20,000 nucleotides of DNA from an uncultured virus (IMG/VR IMGVR_UViG_3300007231_000006) (lineage: Duplodnaviria > Heunggongvirae > Uroviricota > Caudoviricetes), in the IMG/VR virus record IMGVR_UViG_3300007231_000006, one strand, 5' to 3'. The notes beneath the pieces were generated by a model. That model worked only from the letters and a program-made list of their open reading frames with translations. It was not told the DNA's origin and did no database searches. Within the stretch, counting starts at the first letter, position 1. Each line of letters starts with the position of its first letter. Shown here piece by piece: positions 9,195-16,296 of this stretch. Position numbers and translations under genes: made by a program.

Positions 9195-11411
9195 TTATTT
9201 AATTATTTCGGATGCAAATCCTTTGTTGTTGTATTTTGCTATATTCAAGTTGAGCGAAGGTTTATGCTTTTCAGCGTGTGGAGTGTATAGGTGTCTATTA
9301 CAAGCCATGATAGCCAGGCCTGAACTTATAGCCGCGTCAAATTTAGTTCTTTTGTTTATATCAAAACCAGCCCAGTCGTTCAGTGTTTCTTGAAAGTAAA
9401 CTGTCCCGTAGTTGCCGTCACCTAGATGACCAACATGGGATTGTATATACATTTCAATCGCTGCCGCGTGGGCTTGTTTGATGTCTTCACTGGAGTTTGG
9501 TATACCACCTACTTCTTTCTCAGCAACAGAAAGCTTATTCCAAACCTTGTCTGGTCTGTTCATGCTATAGCCTCTGTATCCTCTTCGCTTTAGGTAGTAA
9601 AGCAGTCTTGGTTTGTTGTTCTCTGCAAGTAGAGGCATTCCGTAAAACACCAATGCCATAAGCACGTCTTCAAAAAATATCTCAGCAGTTTGGGGTCTTG
9701 CTACATACTCTAAGAAAAACGAGCTAGGCGGCGCGTCCTCCATGGAAAACTTAGTTAATCCATGAAGTGCTCCTTTTGAACCCTTTCCATCTACAGTTCC
9801 AGATATGTCGTAACTGTCACAACCAAAAGCACCTACGTGCTCGTTGCCAGGGAATTTTACCCCGTTTTTAACAATCGACTTGTTCTGTAGACTTATTGGC
9901 GGAACCCAGCTTATATTAAATCTTCCGTTAGGATCAGGGTAGAAGATTACTTTAGAATCTTTTACACCGTTCTCCCATTGAAAGCTACCTTTAGTGGTAT
10001 GTGCGCTGTGACGGCTGCCCTCGTTATAATCTATTTGCTCGTAAATCTTTACTAGGTTGAATATACTATTCTTAGCCTCATCTCTAAAAGCGTGTTCTAC
10101 GGTTCTAGGGAATTGTCTATAAAATTCGTTTAATCCATCCTGGTCATCTTTTAAACCATGGGCTTCGTTTTCCCAATGATCTATAACACCTATGTCTATT
10201 AGTTCACCATCTGGTGACAGTCTTTCTCCATCGTCTGGAGTATTAAATACAGGAAATCCGAATCTGTCAATAAATCCCTCATAGTTCCATTCCATTGGGA
10301 TAAAGAGAGAATAAAGCCCAGACTTCGTCTGTCCATTTCTATTTCTCTTTGAAACATTTGAATCATTGTACAGTTTCTTAAAGTTGTTACCGCCTTTGTC
10401 TAAAGCGTTTGAGGTAGACCCCATCAAGCACTTTCCTATAATTCTACTTCCTAACCTAAGACAAGTTTTAGTTACTCGCCAGTTGTTGAGTATGTTGTCA
10501 GGTCTTTCCCACTTACCACTTTCATCATGTACTAGCAGGTTAAGCTTTTCACCGTCATAACTGTTGTCGCCTGTGTTCTTCCAGTCAATCGTAGTGTCAA
10601 GTCCTACTAGTTCCTCAAGCTTTTCATTGCTCTGTATCTTCCTTCTAGTAAACTTACTAGCAGGTACTCTATAAGCAAGTTCAGACTTAGGTCTGTCCAT
10701 ACCATCTTGTATAGGCTTGAAGAAAAACGGGTAGTTCATTGATATAGGAACTATCTTATCCGTAAACATTTTCTTTGCGTCTCCACCTGATTTAGACAAC
10801 ACTCCATATCTACTATCACTCGATATGGTCGCTAAGTTAACTGTTTCAGCTGAACTCATAAAAGAAAAACCAGATCTTCTATTCTTTAGATAGCACATGC
10901 CGTAGCATCTTTTATCTGCTTTACACGCTTCCCAGAATATAAAAAATAACCTGTTTGACTCTCTGAAGTCTGCGGCACCTACGTCAATCTTGCTCCACTG
11001 GAGGTACATGTAGTGACTTCCAGTTATGTACGTTGGCTCTCCATCGTTCACGAACCAGAATCCTTCTTCTCTCCGAATAAACTCTTCGTCTATATAATCG
11101 TACCATCTTTCTTTAAGTTCTTCAGGGTAGGCTTTCCAGTCAAATATATTTTTAAGCTTGCCTAGTTCTTTAGGAACTTCTTGTTTAACCCATTGGTTAG
11201 CCCGGTTTTCAATCGTAGTGCTTTTTTTCGGTAAAGCTATTTTCAAGCCTTGTATTTCGTACACGTCCCCGATTTGACCGGTCTTAGAGATAACTATAAC
11301 GTCATGCTCTTTATTATAACCATAGTCCCACTTTTTCGACTTGTTGAGTCTACTTATAGCGTTACTTTTTATAGGATGTATTACCTTAAGTAGCTCTTGC
11401 TGATACTTCAT
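9195..11411 (-). CDS. terL: Terminase large subunit, 738 aa
   Basis: Walker A-like LKNRRSGFS, Walker B LLVHDESGKW, coupling motif GSTSN, RNase H-like nuclease motifs FGCDSYD and FDAAISSG. Confidence 0.9.
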   Translation of the reverse strand: MKYQQELLKVIHPIKSNAISRLNKSKKWDYGYNKEHDVIVISKTGQIGDVYEIQGLKIALPKKSTTIENRANQWVKQEVPKELGKLKNIFDWKAYPEELKERWYDYIDEEFIRREEGFWFVNDGEPTYITGSHYMYLQWSKIDVGAADFRESNRLFFIFWEACKADKRCYGMCYLKNRRSGFSFMSSAETVNLATISSDSRYGVLSKSGGDAKKMFTDKIVPISMNYPFFFKPIQDGMDRPKSELAYRVPASKFTRRKIQSNEKLEELVGLDTTIDWKNTGDNSYDGEKLNLLVHDESGKWERPDNILNNWRVTKTCLRLGSRIIGKCLMGSTSNALDKGGNNFKKLYNDSNVSKRNRNGQTKSGLYSLFIPMEWNYEGFIDRFGFPVFNTPDDGERLSPDGELIDIGVIDHWENEAHGLKDDQDGLNEFYRQFPRTVEHAFRDEAKNSIFNLVKIYEQIDYNEGSRHSAHTTKGSFQWENGVKDSKVIFYPDPNGRFNISWVPPISLQNKSIVKNGVKFPGNEHVGAFGCDSYDISGTVDGKGSKGALHGLTKFSMEDAPPSSFFLEYVARPQTAEIFFEDVLMALVFYGMPLLAENNKPRLLYYLKRRGYRGYSMNRPDKVWNKLSVAEKEVGGIPNSSEDIKQAHAAAIEMYIQSHVGHLGDGNYGTVYFQETLNDWAGFDINKRTKFDAAISSGLAIMACNRHLYTPHAEKHKPSLNLNIAKYNNKGFASEIIK

Positions 11412-11683
11412 CTAGATCTACCTTCGGCAAAACCTTTAAAAGTAGCTTCTTTACTAGACTCGCTTAGCACGCTGTCTAAAAGGTTCTGCTCTTCTTGAAT
11501 TCTAGTGAGTATTTCAAACGCGTCGAATATAGCAAGCTTTTTAGTAGCAGCAGCGTTTTTAAGTCTATCAGCTGATATATCGTCATCAGAATCTATAATA
11601 GGTTCTTTAGCGACTTTAATCAACTCATCAACTGCTACTTGCCCAGCTTGGATTATACTCTTCTTCGTTTCCTTGATATTCAT
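11408..11683 (-). CDS. Small helical protein coupled to terL, candidate terminase small subunit, 91 aa
   Basis: Start reassigned to ATG 11683 (MNIKETKKSIIQAG...). The stop overlaps the terL start (ATGA). Helical composition. TerS role inferred from position only. Confidence 0.5.
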   Translation of the reverse strand: MNIKETKKSIIQAGQVAVDELIKVAKEPIIDSDDDISADRLKNAAATKKLAIFDAFEILTRIQEEQNLLDSVLSESSKEATFKGFAEGRSR

Positions 11684-12233
11684 ATTTAATTGTAATAAAT
11701 TTAGACAGCACCCTATACATCCTTTGGCCTTCAACGATAAACTCAAACTCGCTGCTCGGCGTAAAGCCAACTAAGCTGCCCTCTTCTACTGTGCCGTCAG
11801 AGTACTTGACTATACCAACAAGCGGCATCTCTTCTAAGTCCTCTACTTCAAACCCTTCTATAGCAGACTGGTGCTTTATAGGTTGTACGAAGCAGTAGCC
11901 GTTTATGCTCTTCCAGTTATCGTTAGACTTGTACAGGTATAGCTGATCCGGAGATACTAAGTATTTTCCTTCTTCTAGAAAAGCCCTGCTGTTCTTCTCA
12001 CGGCCTTTTACATCGTGCCATCGCCTAAAAACGTTATGGTGGACAAGTACCGTGTCACCGTCTTTTATATCTGTGTTAGATATCTTAGGCGTGGTTAAAA
12101 CAACAGCCTCTCTATTTATATACTGGTGGTTGAATATCTCTGAGTTTATAATCAACTCATGTTCATCCACTTTTTTAACGTTGTTATATCTCTCACCTTT
12201 AGGTGATACAACAAAATTATATATTGATCTCAT
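11628..12233 (-). CDS. Tandem GroES-like (double co-chaperonin-fold) protein, 201 aa
   Basis: Two halves each follow a GroES-like pattern: FVVSPKG..KKVDEHELII..REAVVLTTP..IKDGDTVLVHH and CFVQPIK..EMPLVGIVKYS..VEEGSLVGFTPSSEFEFIVEGQRMYRV..I. Confidence 0.55.
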   Translation of the reverse strand: MRSIYNFVVSPKGERYNNVKKVDEHELIINSEIFNHQYINREAVVLTTPKISNTDIKDGDTVLVHHNVFRRWHDVKGREKNSRAFLEEGKYLVSPDQLYLYKSNDNWKSINGYCFVQPIKHQSAIEGFEVEDLEEMPLVGIVKYSDGTVEEGSLVGFTPSSEFEFIVEGQRMYRVLSKFITIKYEYQGNEEEYNPSWASSS

Positions 12234-12454
12234 TAATATTCCAGGTTGTATTCAACTGAAATTGCCATGTTTTTATTAAAGTCCTTCCAAGGTATCACAG
12301 CGTTGCCTTTTCTTATGTAAATAGAGTACTTGTCTTCTTCCTCTAGTATATCACAAATAGTATGACCGCCATAAACCTCCTGACCCACAGCGTAATGCAT
12401 GGAGTCAGTTTTGTAGTCTTTACCTATCGTTATCTTCCTTATTAGATGGCTCAT
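12233..12454 (-). CDS. Conserved hypothetical small beta-rich protein, 73 aa
   Basis: ATG 12454 (MSHLIRKITIGKDYK..MHYAVGQEVYGGH..). The stop overlaps the next start (TAATG), implying translational coupling. Confidence 0.75.
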   Translation of the reverse strand: MSHLIRKITIGKDYKTDSMHYAVGQEVYGGHTICDILEEEDKYSIYIRKGNAVIPWKDFNKNMAISVEYNLEY

Positions 12455-12713
12455 CTTCACCGTAGTTTATAACACCGGTTTGGATGTCTATATTGTTTGT
12501 ACCGTAGGTTTCTTGAAGGTTTTTCTGCATCATAATAAGCTGCTCATTAACTTGGAACACGGACTGTACAGCTACGTGTTTTTGAAGTTCTAACTGAACA
12601 ATATCGTTTCGGTGCTTGTTTATGTTTGCTACCGCTTGCTGCATATTCTGCAGTTCCTCTTTAGTGATCTCGGTTGGCTTGAGATCAACTACTTTGTTTT
12701 TTGATTTTCCCAT
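12420..12713 (-). CDS. Hypothetical coiled-coil (helical hairpin) protein, 97 aa
   Basis: AT-rich initiation region. Heptad-like Q/L-rich helix followed by TYGTNNIDIQTG. Confidence 0.75.
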   Translation of the reverse strand: MGKSKNKVVDLKPTEITKEELQNMQQAVANINKHRNDIVQLELQKHVAVQSVFQVNEQLIMMQKNLQETYGTNNIDIQTGVINYGEDEPSNKEDNDR

Positions 12714-12725
12714 GATTTAATTAAA

Positions 12726-12857
12726 TTAACGCCCTTGCCCTCGGTATTTTTTCTTGTATAAGGGAGAAGACTTTTGGTTTGATTGTTTTGTTTTCGCGTG
12801 AACCCCAGGTCTATTGATACTTTTTGATTCGTACGTATTTACGGCTTTATTAGCCAT
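12726..12857 (-). CDS. Basic microprotein, 43 aa, ending KKKYRGQGR
   Basis: Not in the ORF track. Hand-translated as MANKAVNTYESKSINRPGVHAKTKQSNQKSSPLYKKKYRGQGR*. Fills the intergenic gap and has the same AATTTAATCATG-type initiation context as its neighbours. Confidence 0.8.
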   Translation of the reverse strand: MANKAVNTYESKSINRPGVHAKTKQSNQKSSPLYKKKYRGQGR

Positions 12858-12890
12858 GATTAAATTGTATTAAATTGTTGTTAATTGTTT

Positions 12891-13220
12891 TTAATATCCA
12901 AAGTAGAATATTACTCCACCAGCTGTGGTGGTTGGAGGCGTAAAACTATCCCACCTTCCATATATTGTTAGTCCAGCTGGGAATGAAGTAGCAGCATCTG
13001 ATTCCGCAGCACCACCACCGTTGCCAGCAACAGCGGCTGTATGACTAAAATAAGCGGCATCAGGATTATCCGTAGAAGCTACCAGTGTAGACAATACTGT
13101 TGCTTCTAAAAAAGTTATAGCTATTATTTTTTTTCCAGTTGGAGGAGTAACTTCAACAGCCTCGTCGCTAAAACCACTACCAAACTGTCCTAATTGATCT
13201 GTTCCTATGTTAAATCCCAT
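12891..13220 (-). CDS. Small A/T/G-rich beta protein, possible virion component, 109 aa
   Basis: Clean ORF. Composition and the FPAGLTIYGRW motif are typical of small structural proteins; function inferred. Confidence 0.6.
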   Translation of the reverse strand: MGFNIGTDQLGQFGSGFSDEAVEVTPPTGKKIIAITFLEATVLSTLVASTDNPDAAYFSHTAAVAGNGGGAAESDAATSFPAGLTIYGRWDSFTPPTTTAGGVIFYFGY

Positions 13221-13223
13221 AAT

Positions 13224-13616
13224 TTATTTTTTTACTTTTTCTAGTGATCTTCCGCCAAAATATGCACCGATCACGGTTATTAACACTAATTGAAGAAGGT
13301 CTACGTATGAGTCCTTCACGTTGAAATTTATTGTCCCTGCATCAATGAATATCAATAACATCGTGCATACTATCAAGAATATAAGAACCATAGGCCTTAC
13401 GTTCTTTGAAAGCCAAGAGTCAGATCTTAAGTCCGCCTCCCATCGAGAAGTGATGTTCTTTTCCATCTCTATCTCGTAATTCGCTACAAGCTCTTTTACC
13501 TTGCGTTCGGCTTCAAGTTTCTCGTCCTTCGATGTAGTTAAGTTATCTAGCACTCCACCGACGTTTTTTATAAGGTCGGCAGCTCCACCAGAAAGTACTT
13601 TACTAAGTATACCCAT
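13224..13616 (-). CDS. Holin, GTA-type 3TM holin-like family, 130 aa
   Basis: RWEADLRSDSWLSKNVRPMVL motif, two C-terminal hydrophobic segments and the terminal GAYFGGRSLEK signature. Confidence 0.75.
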   Translation of the reverse strand: MGILSKVLSGGAADLIKNVGGVLDNLTTSKDEKLEAERKVKELVANYEIEMEKNITSRWEADLRSDSWLSKNVRPMVLIFLIVCTMLLIFIDAGTINFNVKDSYVDLLQLVLITVIGAYFGGRSLEKVKK

Positions 13617-14089
13617 TATTTACCTCTGTTTTTTCTCGCTTTTTCTTTAGCGTTGTGATCTCGCAGTTCTTGTCTCTTCTTTGCTTTCTCAGCAGAGGAA
13701 AGGTTTGCCATAGCTCTTGAATCTTGTTTTTCAGCCTTGTCGCTAAGCTTTTTCGCTTTACCGGTGTTACCCCTTGCGCTTGCTTTAAGGGATCTTCTTG
13801 CTAGGTTAGCCGCTTTATTGTCCGCAGCGTAACCGGCTTCCCCGTCAACTCGGCGCGTTACAGCTGCTACTCTACCGAATTTCTTGTTTTTGATTCTCTC
13901 TCCTCGATCTTTCATAGGAGACTCCGCTTTTGAAGCATGAACCGCTTTACGCTGGGCATCGCTTGCATATTTTTTCATAGGAGATTCTGGCGCCGCTTCG
14001 ATCTTGGCTTTTAGTTCCTCTGGTAAGTTATGCTGCTTACCTACTAACGCTTTTGTCATTGGGCTTTTGCCCCTCATTTTAAATGCCAT
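13616..14089 (-). CDS. Highly basic low-complexity protein with MAFKMRG leader and SPM(K/T) repeats, 157 aa
   Basis: Start reassigned to ATG 14089. K/R/A-rich; contains KSPMTK, ESPMKK and ESPMKD. Confidence 0.75.
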   Translation of the reverse strand: MAFKMRGKSPMTKALVGKQHNLPEELKAKIEAAPESPMKKYASDAQRKAVHASKAESPMKDRGERIKNKKFGRVAAVTRRVDGEAGYAADNKAANLARRSLKASARGNTGKAKKLSDKAEKQDSRAMANLSSAEKAKKRQELRDHNAKEKARKNRGK

Positions 14090-14090
14090 G

Positions 14091-14309
14091 TTAATTCTTT
14101 TTTGCAAATTTTTCTACACCACTAATACCAAACGAACCTAAAACCACCCAAACAAACGAATTGTAAACAAAGTCGTTAATTACTAGATCCTTACCTATTG
14201 CTCCAGAAACAGTGTCTGCAATCATTACCAGAACCATTATTGCAAAGGCTACAAATCCAACTATTGCTTTTTCGTTCCATTCGTTCGAGTCTTTAAATAT
14301 ATCAAACAT
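14091..14309 (-). CDS. Small two-TM membrane protein (holin/antiholin-like), 72 aa
   Basis: Start reassigned to ATG 14309 (MFDIFKDSNEWNEKAIVGFVAFAIMVLVMIAD...FVWVVLGSFGISGVEKFAKKN). Two hydrophobic segments and a basic C-terminus. Confidence 0.65.
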   Translation of the reverse strand: MFDIFKDSNEWNEKAIVGFVAFAIMVLVMIADTVSGAIGKDLVINDFVYNSFVWVVLGSFGISGVEKFAKKN

Positions 14310-14661
14310 CGCTCTCGTTTTTAACAGCTCGTTTTTCCCAAGGGAATACGTTGTCTCCTTCTGGGTACCACTTACCGTTGTATTTAATCTCACCGTCTTT
14401 ACGAGGGTAAGTTTTTTTACCATCTCTAACAAAATCGTCACCGTATGCTATTTTACCGCTCTTCATCTCAGAGGCATGTAAGCTTTCATGCGCTATAACT
14501 CTTTTTTCTAGAGCGCTGCCCTTAGGCACGGACTTATCTATATGTATGCTTCCATCCATATTAGCCTCACCCATTATGCCTGATTCAAGGTTTTTTCTAA
14601 ATATAGGCGTATCCTTGGAATTCCTATTCTGGCGTTTCTCTCTACCAAGTTTAAAACCCAT
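14302..14661 (-). CDS. Minimal zincin-like (HExxH) metallopeptidase, 119 aa
   Basis: VIAHESLH motif preceded by the strands GEANMDGSIHI, plus a downstream PWEKRA that could supply a Glu third ligand (gluzincin-like). Confidence 0.65.
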   Translation of the reverse strand: MGFKLGREKRQNRNSKDTPIFRKNLESGIMGEANMDGSIHIDKSVPKGSALEKRVIAHESLHASEMKSGKIAYGDDFVRDGKKTYPRKDGEIKYNGKWYPEGDNVFPWEKRAVKNESDV

Positions 14662-14662
14662 A

Positions 14663-15103
14663 TTATCTATCTTTATCTCGTATCATATCATCTACAGACT
14701 TGCTATAGACTTTATCTGAATACGATTTGTTTTTATAAAAAACACTCCTGTCAGAGGTTGGTATATCCTCTTCACCTAGCAAGATACGGTATATCCTACT
14801 TACTAGCTGGGAGCATTGGAATGAAGTCTTGTATACAGAGTACTTTATACTCTTACCGTTTCTTTGCCTCCAAGTCTCTATCCATCCAGCTGATCGTAGC
14901 TTCTCCCACCTTCTCTTATCCCAAGAGTACGTGTAAGCGCCCTCGATAAATTCGTTGCGGGTAAATCTACCCTTATGATCTAGGTATATCAATAACTCTA
15001 GATCGGCATCGGTTAACCCATAAGTCTTACAGGCCCACTTACGCGTGAGCCTGTAGTACTTAAGGATATTCAATTCACGCAGATCCTGCGCGGTTAGTCT
15101 CAT
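14663..15103 (-). CDS. Putative winged-helix (MarR-like) DNA-binding protein, 146 aa
   Basis: YGLTDADLELLIYL...LRSAGWIETWR...YSVYKTSFQC pattern resembles MarR-type wHTH; basic protein. Confidence 0.5.
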   Translation of the reverse strand: MRLTAQDLRELNILKYYRLTRKWACKTYGLTDADLELLIYLDHKGRFTRNEFIEGAYTYSWDKRRWEKLRSAGWIETWRQRNGKSIKYSVYKTSFQCSQLVSRIYRILLGEEDIPTSDRSVFYKNKSYSDKVYSKSVDDMIRDKDR

Positions 15104-15106
15104 GTG

Positions 15107-15481
15107 TTATGAGTCTATAGTTATAGCTAGAGCGGATATCGCTGGCATACCGGCCGCGTACACACTCTCTGTGAGGTCAGCGACTGTGTGCATGATGCCT
15201 CCGTGAGGGTGTGCGTTTAGCAAGCTTGAGACAGCTTCTGCTATCTCCTTGCATTTATGCCCGTTGATATCAGCTTGGTCATCTGCTACCGTTGCTGAGT
15301 TCAAATGCGTTAGCACAACTTTATCCAGGCCATCTCCCACGCCGGTTTGGCCTTCAAAGTATAACGTTGTAGTTGTAGCTGACGTTGGGTCTACACCTAT
15401 GAATCTTGAGGCTGGCCACATAGCAGAATCGCCTGTTGCGTCTGCTCCATCGCCATCTGAGAAGTATAAATAATTTTCCAT
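15107..15481 (-). CDS. Acidic beta-rich protein, paralog of 15506..15937, 124 aa
   Basis: Shares YLYF, PAS.(F/Y).G..PT, L.FE, HK and VAD motifs with its neighbour. Confidence 0.75.
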   Translation of the reverse strand: MENYLYFSDGDGADATGDSAMWPASRFIGVDPTSATTTTLYFEGQTGVGDGLDKVVLTHLNSATVADDQADINGHKCKEIAEAVSSLLNAHPHGGIMHTVADLTESVYAAGMPAISALAITIDS

Positions 15482-15505
15482 GTTATTATTTTTTTATGTT
15501 AATTA

Positions 15506-15937
15506 TTAAGCGATTGCGCATCCAGTTACATTTCCCAAGAATGCCTTGTGGTATACAGCTGTTTTAGTTCCATACTGAGCTGGATCATAAGAAGTGCCCG
15601 CACCACCAGTAGCTGTAGTAAGCTCTTTAGCAGTTGTCACTTCAGCATCAGCAACCACGATAACCCCAGCGTTTGCTTTATTAGGATTAGAGTTCATTAT
15701 AGACGCTAATGCGGCCATAACCTGCTTATGTGTATCCGTCGCTATAGTTAGGGTTACGACATTAACTGTGTCGGTTGCCACCACGTCTTCAAATGACAGC
15801 GTTAAAGCGTTGTCACCTGTTGGGTTAGCCCCTAAGTAAGAGCTAGCCGGAACGCAGATAGCCTCTGTCGTTGTAGCCACTTCTGCTTCCGCGAAGTAAA
15901 GGTAAGGGCCTTTCGCCCTAATTGATTGTTGTGCCAT
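15506..15937 (-). CDS. A/T-rich beta protein, paralog of 15107..15481, 143 aa
   Basis: Same shared motifs; A-rich initiation region AAACAAACAACTAATTAAAAAATTTTAAAATG. Confidence 0.75.
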   Translation of the reverse strand: MAQQSIRAKGPYLYFAEAEVATTTEAICVPASSYLGANPTGDNALTLSFEDVVATDTVNVVTLTIATDTHKQVMAALASIMNSNPNKANAGVIVVADAEVTTAKELTTATGGAGTSYDPAQYGTKTAVYHKAFLGNVTGCAIA

Positions 15938-15975
15938 TTTAAAATTTTTTAATTAGTTGTTTGTTTAAATGTTCT

Positions 15976-16008
15976 CCGTTTAAGGTTTGAGGTTCAAGGT
16001 TTAGGTCT
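15976..16008. repeat. Degenerate heptamer tandem repeat (AAGGTTT/GAGGTTC)
   Basis: Plus strand CCGTTT-AAGGTTT-GAGGTTC-AAGGTTT-AGGTCT in the intergenic region after groES. Confidence 0.55.
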
Positions 16009-16038
16009 AATATATATATCACACGTTTAGTGAGGTAG

Positions 16039-16296
16039 TTACTCCACTAAAACAACGTCTCTTGCTCGAATCACTTGGTATACTGTATCTGCCCAAGTTA
16101 TACCGTGTCCAGCATGTTTGTCGTAATATATAACATCTTTATCTTGTAGGCCTTCAACTAAGTTTCCAGTAGAAACTATAGTAGCCTTTACGTACCTATT
16201 GTCACTGTCTAGATCTTCTGTTAGAATTAAGCCTCCAACCTTTTTAGGTCCGACTTTCTCTATATCTACTACAATGTAGTCATTAATTGCTTTCAT
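16039..16296 (-). CDS. groES: Co-chaperonin GroES (phage-encoded), 85 aa
   Basis: MKAINDYIVV start, mobile loop KKVGGLILTE, ATIVSTGNLV, DKDVIYYDKHAG and terminal RARDVV; overlaps the groEL stop. Confidence 0.85.
   Translation of the reverse strand: MKAINDYIVVDIEKVGPKKVGGLILTEDLDSDNRYVKATIVSTGNLVEGLQDKDVIYYDKHAGHGITWADTVYQVIRARDVVLVE

Noticed and set aside
9195..11411. Intein or intron in terL (long for a terminase)
   Set aside because: The ORF is continuous with no intein splice-junction or homing-endonuclease motifs; the extra length is an N-terminal extension.
15938..16038. Possible CRISPR-like mini-array or ncRNA in the intergenic repeats
   Set aside because: Units are only 7 nt with no spacers. 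No tRNA or known ncRNA structure is recognisable here or elsewhere in the window.
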